Below, one piece after another: positions 27,023 through 40,778 of a DNA stretch of 64,000 bases. Positions within the stretch are counted from its first letter, which is position 1; every line of letters starts with the position of its first letter. The notes under the pieces are model-generated. The model was not told the origin of the DNA and did no database searches. It saw nothing but the letters and a program-made list of their open reading frames with translations. The translations under genes were made by a program, and so were the position numbers. The DNA lies in the NCBI GenBank assembly GCA_002633005.1, contig NMRA01000133.1, positions 676,627-740,626 on the forward strand, in the 5' to 3' direction. The DNA is from Phoronis australis. Taxonomy: Eukaryota; Animalia; Phoronida.

Positions 27023-27710
27023 ATGAAGTACAGAGAAAAATTAAATCGCCCGTATACTGCAGAATGGTGGTACAAAGCTTTTTCCAACACACATTCATTC
27101 ACTGAAGATGTTTCTCTGAGATGGTTTCAATTTAGGCTGGTTCACAGAATTATAGGCTGTAAAGAAATTTTACACAACATTGGTGTAATTGATAGCTCAT
27201 TGTGCACATTTTGCTTAGATGTCCCTGTGTACTGGTCGTGTAACGTTACTCAACAGTTTTGGACTAATGTAAATAACTGGCTCGTAGATGCTGTTATACA
27301 TAGTTTAGAACTGTCCTTACAATCAGTTCTGACTGGTGTTCAGGTGAAAGCTCATAGCGGTTTTACAAAGTATGGTTCTTTGCTTCAGCAAGTACCATAG
27401 TTATCAGCAAAGGTTAAAGTGCAAAGACCCCTGCCTTGCACTGTTTAAGAAGAAAGTTGCATTGTACATTTCCACTGAAAGGTATATAAACAAAATGAAG
27501 TACGATGAATTTATAGAGCGCTGGCAAGGTCATGACCTTTTTTGTTTGTTATGAATGAATCATGATAGCATCTACTTGTTTTTTATGTTAAACTACGTTT
27601 GTACATATCAGCACTGTAAGTTGACCTTAACTGATCCTTGACTAAACAAAAAAGTTATTGTGAGGAAACTGTAATTGATCTGTACCGTACCTATTATATT
27701 GAATAAAAAA
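27023..27710 (+). mobile_element. 5'-truncated, degenerate L1/Tx1-type LINE 3' end (zinc-binding region after reverse transcriptase, 3'UTR, A-rich tail)
   Basis: LRWFQFRLVHRI...CTFC...WSCNVTQQFW matches the zf-RVT pattern; frame shifts into ORF 27372-27554; aataaaaaa at ~27702. Confidence 0.8.
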
Positions 27711-28723
27711 GTTACACATGTTTGGGAAATTTGAGTTTAAAGTTACGTAATAGTTACCAAAAAGCTTAGTGAAGTTATATTTGTAAAAATAACACTTTTC
27801 CTATCTGTTTTTATAAAACAAATGATCAATATTATTGTATTTAACAATGATACACGTTCTACGTTAGTAGAGGAACTCCAAACCAGTGAAGTTTAGAAAT
27901 TGTAGTGACACCTAGCGTCAGAAATATAAACTAATTCTGGACATTACAGGAGCAGGAAGGTAACGCCAGGAGGTTATTCTGGCAATGTCTGGCAAGTAAA
28001 ATAACACAGTACACTTGAGAATGGTCAAAATATGTGCCTCAGTGACTGTATCATTGATTAACGGAATAAACTACAACTTATTTGCATGATAACAGAAATA
28101 TGTTGAACAAAAACAACACAGCTGAATGATCTCTGTGAATGTGCTCATCGACTGTAGTAAAATACTAGATTATTCTGACAGTGTCTTGCAAGCAGTATGA
28201 GCGACACGAAGGTTGGCTTCGGCGGGGAGCGGCGTCCTTCCAGCCTAAGTGTGTAGCTGGGGTATTCGCAGGCATCAATCAAGATGAGAACCCCAGTGTG
28301 GCCACCCAAATGATTCAAGTTTTCACAATTTGATGGCAGGCTACATCTTCCGGTGCTCATTTTATTTCACGTTAAGCTTCGTCATGTAATTGTAAAGTTC
28401 AGTCTTGATGTCCAAAAAATGCACCGAGAATTCTGGAAATAGTTGCCCAAAAAACTGCACAGGTAAGCAATTATATTAATAATGGCTGCCTGGTTATCGA
28501 CCTATTATTTTCATTCTTGTTATCCTTAGTCACATATTGAATGTTTGTAAATCAGTATTGAAGAAAGCGGGACTCTAGACAGAAATCTCGTGCAATGTAG
28601 TTTGTGCACTTCGAAACGTTACTTTTGTTCGATACAATGTCCCACTGTGAGTGTGTGCTACTAAACATGAAATGTCTCGATATGCGATATGTACAGACAA
28701 TTCTGTATTCTCGACAATCCTGA

Positions 28724-28882
28724 CCAGCCTCCCGTTCAGTAACGCTAGGACCTCGCTAAAAAGCAAAACTTCGCGATATTACGTGAGATATTGCCGTGCA
28801 TTTTAAATTAGAGCACGTGACTTTGACCAGGTTTTAGCTAGGTCCTAGTGTAGGTCCTAGCGTCTACTGAACGCACGCCTGG
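28724..28882. mobile_element. MITE family B variant
   Basis: cgttcagtaacgctaggacctcgcta...taggtcctagcgtctactgaacg; internal match to the 16014 and 50545 copies. Confidence 0.75.
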
Positions 28883-30908
28883 GGTCGTCATTTCCAATTC
28901 ATGTTCCTAATGCGGAAAATTACGTCAGCACTGCAGACAGGACGTCTTTATGCGATGTACTTGCCTGCGGGAATCTGCTGAGAGAACCTTTCTGGGATAG
29001 TTGAATGGAACTAATGTCTGAAAATTTTGAAATTATAAAACCTTTGCACAAAAGTCATTATGTGTGGGAACGCCTTCTGACTCGATTAACCCGAATATCC
29101 CACGCGTGCTGCAGGATGAGTGTAAGTAATTGTGGCCATACCCATGAGCAGCCAAGTGGGCATCGCTTAACTCCTGTAGAGAAACCATGAAGAAATATGT
29201 GCAAACCTAAAGGTTCAAAAACTCCCCCGAGTCTTGGCTGATTGAGTATAAGGCACGTCATTCAAATCTTAACAAGTCACTGCAGATGGCGCAGTTACAA
29301 AGTTTTAAGCGACAGTGAATGTGACACTTTCCCATTGGTCTAGTTTTAAAGATATATTACTGTTCTTGGTCTTAAGTGCATGGTTTTGGTGTGGTATTTG
29401 AGCGGTGCTTGATCATGCGGAAATATTTCAAGGAAATTGTAAACTGTGTGAATTATTGTGATTTGGTTCGATGGCTATCATCCAGGCAGCGGTAGCATCC
29501 ACAGGCGAGGTCTGCAAGCCCATTACAGGCACAGGCGAGGAGTGCAAGCCTATTACAACAACAGATTTGTTTCGATGTGTTACGACATTTCACTGAAAAT
29601 GTTACCGTATATTGAGTCCCCCAATCACTCAGGGCCCTAGGGGAAATTACTCGTAATACACATCGGTAAGATTGCATACCAACCCATTGACATCAACAGA
29701 GCCTCCTTCAGGTGTGAGATCTATTACTCAAACAACTAGGTAGTGGTTAGTATAGTGTTGCACTCAACGTCATGCTCAGTGACATGATCATTGGGTGCGA
29801 TGGTTAGCTATTTAATGGCAAAATAGGCGACAAGTGAGAACTATTTTCATGTGATTAGACCCCGTTGGAGGAGAGGTTTTGGTGGTGACGACCACTGGTG
29901 GTCTGATGTTGGGAATAAGAATACATGCCTGAGTCTCGAGTCGTCGTCGTGGTCACGTTTCCGTAAGTCAAATAAGCTGTCGTCACTTATGTTCCCCACA
30001 GCTGAAACTAGAAAAGAAAAATATTGGCGAATAAGGGTGAATTAATTTTACTTTAATTCTATTTATTCTGAAGCGTATTTCAGGCGTAACTTCAGCTGGT
30101 GGTGAGGCCTTCCCCATATGATTGTATATCCCGTAAACATTTTTCCTGTTTTGTTCTCGTAACTCGTTGATCTGCAAAGTAAGTGTTCCACTAGCACATC
30201 CAAAAAAGCCATCTCACTGTTTTCTTTTGTGTCGAATTTTTATGGAACTAAAACGGAGGCTGATGTTAGTGTATTAATGGATAACGGAGTGATTGACATG
30301 TCGAAAGTATCCATTTTAGGTTGAAATAAATTTCAAAACTGCATAGAGAAGCACCACTTGTAGAAAGATTTTCTCAACTGAGTTACATTAATGAGAGAAA
30401 ATAATCAAAACGGAAAACATTGATAACATTATAGAAATCGAGCTTCATCTGATGTGTCACTGCCCTGTCCTCAGGACAGATGATGCCAGAACAGTTAGAT
30501 TGTTTCAATGCCATGATCCTTGTGAACTATTGGCGAGAAATGGTCAAATCTTAGAATGCGAAATTTATTTGCAATTTAAAATAAATAGATGCATGTAAAT
30601 TGCGCAAGTAAAAAATTTAACAACACAAAGTTATATCTGTTTGAAATCCATTCTAGTTCGATGATATCCAGAGAACCCCGTCAGAATAAGGATTTTGGAA
30701 AAGGTGCTTTCTTGCAAATAAACCTTAGGAACATTTAGAGACAAAAGAATCGTGTTCATTTTATACTGAAGCAAAGAAGAAAGATTGAGAACCCTAACAA
30801 AATATAAATCATTTCGACCTCTTACCGTATAAGAATTAAAAAGGGGCCCCTGGTTTCGTGTTTAAAGCTACGCGAATATCTCTGTATTCGCGTAAAATAC
30901 TCAAACAC

Positions 30909-31391
30909 TGACGGGATTACCACACGTTCCAAACGCCGTAACTCCATTCAAGAGTATATTAAAAGCAAACCGTTACATTCTTGTAAGTAAATGTAATATA
31001 TTACTACAACACCTCATATACCGTAACACTCTTCATCAAGCCCACAATGAGACGGCCTTTTCTTTGAGCAACGAGAACAAGTGTGAAGTCGCGAGACCTA
31101 AGAGTTCTGGGATAGCGGTACTTTCATCTGAGGCTGCCATTTTGTTAATTCGGTGCGAAATACAGATTGCCGCTAGTCTCGAAGCTAAATATAAGCGAAA
31201 ATCTTGGCAACAAGAGTAGACATCGACTTGGTCCTGGAGCGCACTGTAACATGCATGTAGGTCTCGTTGAAGAGTGTTACGGTGTATAATGTATTGTAGT
31301 ATAATATTACAGTGAGCTGCAAACATGTAACGGCTTGCATTTAATAGACTCTTGAATGGTGTTACGGCGTTTGCAACGGGTGGATTACGTC
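30909..31391. mobile_element. MITE with ~130-bp imperfect inverted arms
   Basis: caaacgccgtaactccattcaagagtatattaaaagcaaaccgttacat versus atgtaacggcttgcatttaatagactcttgaatggtgttacggcgtttg; inner accgtaacactcttca / tgaagagtgttacggt. Confidence 0.82.
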
Positions 31392-31818
31392 ACCGCCAAC
31401 AATGGCATGTATGACGCCGTCTTATAAATACGTGATAGTTCACGTTCAACGTTGCTTTGCGAAACCTCTCTATTATTTTGATGTACCTGAATTTTCTAGG
31501 TTTGGAGAATTAGGCCAATTCAAGAACAGTTTTATACACCAGTATTATAAAAAGACAAACTGTATTCTGCAATCTTATTTTACATTTTCTTCTATTAGGG
31601 TATATAAGGTTCTCACAAAAATGTTGACACGTTGATAGTGATTTTCATATAAACAGTAAAAAGCGATTAAACCAATTCAGAAATGGGTGTGACACCTGCC
31701 CTAATTTACTGCTAACAATTTTCAACTGTAAGTGTGTTCATTTGATCAGAGAGAATCGTGAATGTTCGCTGAACTTTTCCAGGATTAACCGTGAGATTAC
31801 CGTAAGAGACCTTCGTCA

Positions 31819-32245
31819 ATGATGGAACACGGGACGACAGGTGCCTTTTCTGAAAACTCAACAGAATCCACACTGGACTCCCCTCATTCGAGACCAATAT
31901 CAGCACATGCAAAGTTCGGCATTCCAATAAAAACGTTAGATTTGAGCCACTGTTCCCCGGATGTGTGTGTCGGGCTTCTTCATTTGCCAACCTCCCAAGT
32001 CTTCTCAGCTTTGCTGAAGAAGATCAAGAGTTCTAATAAGGAGTGGATTGAAGGATTCTTAGAGGAGAGTGGTCTTCAGATGCTGCTGGATTGTATTGAA
32101 CGTCCGAAGAAGGGGAGACAATTCAAGATATCCGATACAATTACCGTGCTGCAGAATATATCGTGCGTACGGGCAGTGATCAACTCTAAATCTGGTTTGG
32201 AGTTCATTGTCAGTCAGGAAGATCACGTCCGGAAACTGGTGACAG
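31819..32245 (+). CDS. INF2: INF2-like formin, variable N-terminal DID (GBD/FH3) exon V1 (142 codons + 1 nt)
   Basis: Acceptor cttttccag| with exon from 31783, in-frame stops before ATG 31819; CSPDVCVGLL...EWIEGFLEESGL...SCVRAVINSKSGLEFI; phase-1 donor ACAG|gtgagt. Confidence 0.88.
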
Positions 32246-32974
32246 GTGAGTTGGAGAGGCTAACGCCGTAGATATGAATCAGTTACCGGTAAACCGACAC
32301 CGACTCCTTGACGTGTTGGTCGAAGAAAGGTAGATCAGATTGAAAAGCTATAAAACAGCTATGTGTCAACGACATTACCAGAAAAGATATCCCATGCACT
32401 CCTCGAAATAACAAAATGCCCTTTTTAAATGAAACCTTATTTTTGCATTGGCTTCTCAGCAACCTGCCCTATTTGTAGGGAAATACAATACTGACCCAGG
32501 TCATTTCAGTGATTCAACCAGCTTTTTATGAATAGGCCAGAGCCTTCGACCCCCTGACCACTGCTAGCTAGCTATGTAGTTGGAGTTCAGCAGGGCTGAG
32601 TTTCGTTGACCGCAAGGCATTAGTTTGTACTTGTGGCGAAAATCTTCGCTTTTGGAACAGGAACGGTGAATTCAGTCTCACAATTGAACAACATCGAACC
32701 TTGCAGACCAATCACCTCAGTGGCCGACATTTTGTTAGAATAGTCAGTAGTCTTCGCTTTTCACTCCCGGGATTTTGCGAGGTCTTGCGAGATTTTCTTT
32801 TTTCGAAAGAAACTAGGTCTACAGAACGCTCTCCCGTGTTTCTTAAACTAAATCAGTCGACCAATCCCCATTCACCTATTAGTTGGAGTGTCTGACTCGT
32901 ACACCACCAGAGACCTTATTTCGTGCCGAACGCTGACTGATCTCTGAGTTTTAGAAATATTTCGTCCTCTTTGC

Positions 32975-33166
32975 NNNNNNNNNNNNNNNNNNNNNNNNNN
33001 NNNNNNNNNNNNNNNNNNNNNNNNNNNNNNNNNNNNNNNNNNNNNNNNNNNNNNNNNNNNNNNNNNNNNNNNNNNNNNNNNNNNNNNNNNNNNNNNNNNN
33101 NNNNNNNNNNNNNNNNNNNNNNNNNNNNNNNNNNNNNNNNNNNNNNNNNNNNNNNNNNNNNNNNNN
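32975..33166. other. Assembly gap
   Basis: Run of N. Confidence 1.
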
Positions 33167-34144
33167 CCCCCCCCCCCCCACTTTTTTCAGTGCTGCGCAA
33201 CCCATGTTACTTGAAGCTCTATATGCGCGTGTCCCATGGTCTGTGCGAAACCTTTTGTACTAAAGCTTGTGAGTGTCTAACTACGTGCATCAACGGTGTA
33301 CGGTAAACGTGCAAAACGAAATCCAATAATACATTATTTTAGATGCGTGACTGCTGATATTGCCCATGTAAACATACATTTCATCTTATAGAAACATGAA
33401 CATTCTATGACGTTTTGTTTCGAGGTAGTGGTTGACGATGCATGATGAGCACTGGCATTGGGAACTGAAAATTGCTGAAAGCGTGAGAATGACTAGAGTT
33501 GGATACTGGTTTGGTTTTACAAGGACTTGTTCTCAGGAGAGTGTCTGTTGACTGGATTCTAGGAATAATCGGTTTCAGCCAAAGCTTGCAGGGCAGAAGA
33601 CTTTGTCGTGTGTTTTTTCAAACATATCAATAAATTCCCACATTATCTAGTATTGGCAAACACTGTATGGATGAAAGATCAACGATGTCAGGGTCTTATC
33701 AACTAAAACATACCATACTAGGAATGTTATAGTTGTTATCAGACATAACAATGTATATTCTAGAACTATGGACATCTGATAGTTGATATCTGATAGTTTT
33801 TTTTTTATGGTTGACGCTCACGCGTCGAAGCTTTTCTGAAGTCACAGCTATCAAAATATACGCAAATGATCAGGAAGGAATAAAATTTACGTTCTTGCAT
33901 GCTAAAGAAGACAGGAACTAGGCCAGATTTGAAGGCTTAGAAACTGTGTGAACTTTGGAGTATCAGTTCACGGCTGATGACGGGTTGCTTGGGGGCCGCT
34001 TTCAGATTTCGGTTTTCCTTCATGGTCACATGGTATGCCAATTCCGCTAAATGTTGAGTAATGGGTACCTTAGTAAGACGATTTTTGGACAATAAATATG
34101 GTCATATTCAGCCAATAAAAGCTGAAAATTCAAGACTTAATGTT

Positions 34145-37100
34145 TTCTAAGCTAATAAAAATTCAGGTGTAACTTTTAATGCAGTAAAACTATGAATGAA
34201 CAGGTCACGCTTGCACGAGCTAGGATGGCACGTAGACCACGGGATATGTCGATTTAGCTTGATTTAGGTATTCATCCCCGGAATGACGTCGTATACTTTT
34301 GAAACTGGGCAACGTCAGGAGCTGAAAAGTTGATGTAGGGAAATGTCGGCGGAAGGTTTAGAAGTTTGATGGAATAACAGGCACATCAACTTGCAATTTC
34401 GCGCCCGTTGATCCTGCTGCGAGCCGAGTAAGGCATCACGGTGACGTCAGTGTGTCCGTCTTGCGGCGTCCGTCGTTATTCCGCGATTTTGTGCGTTTAC
34501 ATTTTTAAGTTGTTTGCATCTGCTTCAAGTGACAATAATCGGAGGTTCGGCATGCGTAATAAACTGGCGGAAACACAACAACTTAAGTTTGTTCCAAAAA
34601 AAAACTTTTACGCTTTTCGGTGAAAACTGAAGTTCATTTTTGGAAAGGCTGACAGATCTTTAGACCAGTGTTTAAGTGCTAAAGACGCCGGCCTTGGATT
34701 CAGGGAATGTCTGGCAAACAACGGCGAGAATAAACGATTTGTAATGAAATAACGGAAACATAAACCTAATAACTTGAAGAAGTCCATCCCCTCCAACAGT
34801 AATAAAAAATTGCGCTTCTTCCCAGTAAAATCGATAATGTCCTTTTATTGGCAATACTGTACACTAGCTGCAGTAATGATGATAACACCCTTTGTTTTGT
34901 TTGTTTGTTGGACTGGCCCCGCTAACACCAACATGTACACATTAAAATTGTCACAGCTGCGCTATATACACGTATCATGGATATGAAGATTTAACTACTC
35001 GTGTTCAGTGTTGTTATCGAAAACGGAACAATTAGGTTCTTCCGGGCCCCGGACCGCGATTTCTTCGAAGAAACTGATGCAGGTCATAGCTGTTGTTAGC
35101 ATGTCAACCGCAAGATGAGCCCAGTGTGCCCAGCTCAGGCGGACTAAACAACAGATCTATCTGAGTGTCCAAGGACAGAGTGTATGGTGAGTATCGCATT
35201 TGCTGTAAGTCAGTTTTGATCGCTTATCAATATTCTTCAACGAAGCCCAAAAGTAAACGATGAAGGAGTGGTCGATCGGCACGCTAGCCTGCATTGTATA
35301 GGGTCAAGTGTTGGCTCCGGCGACCCAGGGGGTACTCGGCTATATTTTGCAGCTGGAAAATTAGGACTACCCAAACTAAAGGGAATCGTTTCCACGAATA
35401 AGCCGCGTTTTGGAAAGCTTTTGTGTCAACAACACCCTGCATTATTAAGACGAGATGCCATCTTGTCAAAAATGAGTGGATCCAACGAAAGTCTTGTAGA
35501 TTTAGAAACTGTCAGAAGCACTTATCAGGTCACGGTCTTTATAGATCTGTGCAGTTAGAAAAGGAACCTTTTGTCAGTTTCGGTCAGCTACTGACCAAAA
35601 TGAAACATTTTATGGGGAACTTTGTCGAAGAGGGTTCCCTTTCTCATGGAATTCAGTTGTCTCAAAAGGCACCCGATCTTCTGGAAAACTGGTCGTGAAA
35701 AAGTCGCCCTNTTCTAATCTAATAAAAATTCAGGTATAACTTTTAATGCAGTAAAACTATGAATGAACAGGTCACGCTCGCACGAGCTAGGATGGCAAGT
35801 AGAACACGGGATATGTCGATTTAGCTTGATTTAGGTATTCATCCCTGGAATGACGTCGTATACTTTTGAAACTGGGCAACAACGTCAGGAGCTGAAAAGT
35901 TGATGTAGGGAAATGTCGGCGGAAGGTTTAGAAGTTTGATGGAATAACAGGCACATCAACTTGCAATTTCGCGCCCGTTGATCCTGCTGCGAGCCGAGTA
36001 AGGCATCACGGTGTCGTCAGTGTGTCCGTCTTGCGGCGTCCGTCTTTATTCCGCGATTTTGTGCGTTTACTTTTTTAAGTTGTTTGCATCTGCTTCAAGT
36101 GACAATAATCGGAGATTCGGCATGCGTAATAATCTGGCGGAAACACAACAACTTAAGTTTGTTCCAAAAAAACTTTTACGCTTTTCGGTGAAAACTGAAG
36201 TTCATTTTTGGAAAGGTTGACAGATCTTTAGACCTTAATTGGCAGTGTTTAAGTGCTAAAGACGCCGGCCTTGGATTCAGGGAATGTCTGGCAAACACCG
36301 GCGAGAATAAACGATTTGTAATGAAATAACGGAAACATAAACCTAATAACTTGAAGAAGTCCATCCCCTCCAACAGTAATAAAAAAATGCGCTTCTTCGC
36401 AGTAAAATCGATAATGTCCTTTTATTGGCAATACTGTACACTAGCTGATATTAACAGTAATGATGATAACACCCTTTGTTTTGTTTTTTGTCGGACTGGC
36501 CCCGCTAACACCAACATGTACACATTAAAATTGTCACAGCTGCGCTATATACACGCATCATGGATATGAAGATTTAACTACTCGTGTTCAGTGTTGTTAT
36601 CGAAAACGGAACAATTAGGTTCTTCCGGGCCCCGGACCGCGATATCTTCGAAGAAACTGATGCAGGTCATAGCTGTTGTTAGCATGTCAACCGCAAGATG
36701 AGCCCATTGTGCCCAGCTCAGGCGGACTAAACAACAGATCTATCTGAGTGTCCAAGGACAGAGTGTATGGTGAGTATCGCATTTGCTGTGAGTCAGTTTT
36801 GATCGCTTATCAATATTCTTCAACGAAGCCCAAAAGTAAACGATGAAGGAGTGGTCGATCGGCACGCTAGCCTGCATTGTATAGGGTCAAGTGTTGGCTC
36901 CGGCGACCCAGGGGGTACTCGGCTATATTTTGCAGCTGGAAAATTAGGACTACCCAAACTAAAGGGAATCGTTTCCACGAATAAGCCGCGTTTTGGAAAG
37001 CTTTTGTGTCAACAACACCCTGCATTATTAAGACGAGATGCCATCTTGTCAAAAATGAGTGGATCCAACGAAAGTCTTGTAGATTTAGAAACTGTCAGAA

Positions 37101-37293
37101 GCACTTATCAGGTCACGGTCTTTATAGATCTGTGCAGTTAGAAAAGGAACCTTTTGTCAGTTTCGGTCAGCTACTGGCCAAAATGAAACATTTTATGGGG
37201 AACTTTGTCGGAGAGGGTTCCCTTTCTCATGGAATTCAGTTGTCTCAAAAGGCACCCGATCTTCTGGAAAACTGGTCGTGAAAAAGTCGCCCT
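34145..37293. repeat. Tandem duplication (~1.57 kb x2) joined by a single N at 35711; probable haplotype/contig-overlap artefact
   Basis: 34145-35710 versus 35712-37293, near identical with scattered SNPs and small indels. Confidence 0.9.
36590..36769 (+). other. Candidate non-coding leader exon for V2 (duplicate copy ends at 35186; 5' end uncertain)
   Basis: Strong donor ATG|gtgagt at 36770, about 2.5 kb upstream of the V2 acceptor. Confidence 0.3.
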
Positions 37294-39315
37294 ACGGTAT
37301 ACGTCTTGTATGGGAGTATCCCCGGGCTTGTGTGAATAGTCACAAACGTATCGCTCGATTGTGTTATTATCTTTGTGTGTCGTAGGCCTATGTGGAAAGA
37401 CTTTCGCATGAATAATGTTTGGAAGTGACACTGACAGGATAGTTTGTTTTGAACCCCAGGTTTGGAGTACCTAAACTAATTTCCACCACCGCTACGGTTA
37501 CAGAAAGTCAGTCCAGGGGAACTGAGTTGCTTACAGGGTACCGTAGTGTGTACAAGGTAGAGGACAGGAATGTGAGCTTATATTGTCATTTATACAAAGC
37601 TTCGCTTCCCGACAGCCAGGCTGTCTCGGTTAACACTTTGGTTGTACATGTACGGTAGCCAGTAGTTTCTCGACTACAGACCCAGGAAGTCGGGTAGGCT
37701 TATTCGTTTAGAAGATCTCAGAGGATGTTAATATAATAACAATAACTTAAAAAGTGGCTACACCGAAACCGACCTTCCGTTATAGAAGTGGTCTCAAATT
37801 GTTCCTTAAATTGAAGATGATAGGGCTACGAATAACTGACAGTGAATTAGTTATTGTTTGAGACCCGGCTCATAATCGCTGGTTTATTGCCGTGGCTTAC
37901 GTTATGCGAGCATGGTTTCAGTTACGGTTTCAGTTCCGTGCAAACCCAGAAGTCACTTTTCTTCTCATTAAAGCAATTTCGATGAGCGACGTACGTTCCG
38001 TGTGCGGAATGCGGGTTTATAACTGTAGTTTATTGTACACACCCTACTAAACAAGATTGTGTTAAACTGTCCATGTTTGCAGCGCCATCTTTTGTGGGTA
38101 TCTTGGTTAAAGTGTCTGAGTGGACATTATTCGAGATTTTTCAGTCACATGATAAAATACACAAGTGACACGTACGCTTCCTTGTTATTATCATTGATTG
38201 TTAGCACACCTCACGTTGGAATTTGAACTCCATTCTTCTGGTGATTTTGATAAAAAAGAAAAGAATTGAGTTAGTTAGGCGATGTAACGATATTTTTTGG
38301 TTGTCGTCGGGATTCAGAAAGATATACTGGGAATGTGTTATGGTCGTTTTACTCTTCTCGAAGTATTTTAGACCATAATTTTAAAAGATCGAAACGAGTC
38401 TTTGCTAAGAGCAAAATGTAGCTTGTTACGGAGAAGGCTTAACATGAGATTTTTTGGTCAAAATGACAAAATTATAACTGTCATCACTGTAAACTATTTA
38501 GGAACAAATTTTGCTATGATTTACAATCAAATGGGCCCAGACAATGTCAAACTGGGTATTGTCTGCTTTCGATTCAAGAACCGACAAACCACTGTGGAGA
38601 CAAACTCGAGCCTTACCTACGCATCCGAAGTGATGTTATCTATAGCTAGACCAGCACCCTTTAGAGTATACAAAAGTAATTTAGACCAATTGCCTTTATG
38701 ACATGGTCTAAAATTAATCTTAAGGTTAAACAGGGGGAATTTGTGGGATTCGAAGGAACTGTCTGTCTAACAGTTCGTTATTGCTTTAGACACGGCTCTA
38801 TACGGTGATTTGTCAACGTGTCATTTTATTTGCCTGGCTTGGTCTTAAGGAATAACGATGTGTCAGTTGTTAGCAAGATCAAGGAACAAGTTGAAACCAA
38901 TTTTATGTCGGCAAGGATCTAAATCTACGGAACCAGGGCTTATTGCTGCTTAAAGACCATGAATCGATGTTGTGTTCATAGTGAAACGGTCTTTCTTGAA
39001 TATTGTTTTGATCTCAACACAAATTTTGGATATAATTCGACAATATAGGCATTGCCTGTGACTTCAGTTGCGGCTCATTCGGATGAATGTGGTGGTGTTT
39101 TCAAATTCCTGTTCGCTTCTCTTATGAATTCAGACAGCTAAACAGCGGCGAAATGCCCCTTTAAAACATCTGAAGCGTTTCACTTATTTTAAATTACGTT
39201 CACTTGTTGTCGTTATAAATATTGTGAAGGTTTTCAAAAATAGCTCTTAAAGTTGCTCTTCTTTGACAGGGCTGGAGTGAAGGTTATAGACTAGAGCATC
39301 AATCTGCACTCAACA

Positions 39316-39715
39316 ATGACGGTTGAACCTCGTTCAGAAGAGCGTAAAGATTCCCAAGCTCGGTTCAACTTCGAGCGCTTGATGAAAAAACTGAACTCGT
39401 TTGATTTCGACCATTGTTCCACTGACGTATGTGTCGAGTTGCTTCGTCTGCCTACGACGCACTTATTATCGGCTTTGCTGAAGAAAATCAGAAATTCGGG
39501 AAAAGAGTGGATGGAGAGCTTCCTGGAAGATGGCGGCTTGGAGATGCTCCTGGAATGTATAGAATCGCTGACGCCGAAGAGAGGGAAGCATTTGTCGTTG
39601 GCGCACACCATACTCCTGTTGCAGGATGTAACGTGTGTCAGAGCGGTGATCAACTCTAAGATAGGCCTTGAGTTCATGATTGATCAGATGAATTACATAC
39701 GGAAGATGATAGGAG
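39316..39715 (+). CDS. INF2: INF2-like formin, variable N-terminal DID exon V2 (133 codons + 1 nt)
   Basis: Acceptor ctcttctttgacag| with exon from 39270, in-frame TAG at 39292, acaATG at 39316; CSTDVCVELL...EWMESFLEDGGL...TCVRAVINSKIGLEFM; phase-1 donor GGAG|gtgaga. Confidence 0.88.
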
Positions 39716-40552
39716 GTGAGAAACGTAAAGTTAATAATAATGATTATTTTACACAGGGTCAATATGAGGTCAGAGCCCAAAGGTCAGAGAGTGGGTATGT
39801 CGACCCTTGTAATTTCCGATTTGTAAGGAACGTTGTTGATTTCAAGGGCAAACAGGTGACCTGTAGGGCCAGTCACGTGGTTTGGGAGCTAGGACTATTG
39901 CCGGAACGGAAGATAACGGTGCCCCCCGCACCCGTCGCCGCACTTTTGTACAATCCTGTAATTTCTCTCCAACATCTCACCGGTTGTCACCTGTTTTGTT
40001 CCGCCTGAACCCTGCCGATACCGCTTACCTAGTATGGTACCAGCTTGGGTGGACTGCCCCCTCCCTCCACCCCACTGGCTGCGACACTGAGTTCGGAAAA
40101 AGTGTTGACAGCCCAAGCACATGTGAACTTGTTGGTGAGCAGCAAAATCTAGTCTGAGCTCGTAGATTGGATACTGGGTCTGAGTCAAAAGAGTTGACAA
40201 ATCTTTTTTTTTCGGAAACTCGCAAAGCTGATTTCCCACAGGGCTTAGTCAAGTTGAGTAATTATGTTCTTGCCCATGAAAATCGAATGTAAATTACAAT
40301 GTCGGATAGGTAAGTCTCAAAATAGTTGGACGTGTGACAGTTGAATTTCGAAACACCACCAAAAGGCGGCACTGCGCGCTTATCCCAGAAAAGTGGTCGA
40401 TTCCTAACGAGACTGCCACGTATGAATACGATATTCATTTTATCTGTAAATTTACTGTCATATTTGCCAATCACCCCAACTGTACCGTAAAATCCCGCAC
40501 AACCGGTCATGACCATATATTATACCTGAGTTTTGTGTTATATTCGAATATA

Positions 40553-40640
40553 AGACCATGCCCTTATATTTTACAAGACCATGCCCTTATATGTTTTAAG
40601 ACCACGCCCTCATATTTTACAAAACCACGCCCTTATATGT
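40553..40640. repeat. Minisatellite, ~23-24 bp x ~4
   Basis: aagacca(t/c)gccct(t/c)atat(t/g)tt... repeated. Confidence 0.8.
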
Positions 40641-40727
40641 TCCTACAAATTGCATTATTTTTCCTACACGGCCTTGGTCTTTTATTTTCGCTTTGTGAGA
40701 TACTCGTAATTGCGTCAACACAGCATC

Positions 40728-40778
40728 GAAAGAAGAAGAAGGAGAAGAGGAAGAAGAAGAAAGAAGAAGATAAAGAAT
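40728..40778. repeat. Imperfect (GAA)n microsatellite
   Basis: gaaagaagaagaaggagaagaggaagaagaagaaagaagaaga. Confidence 0.85.
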
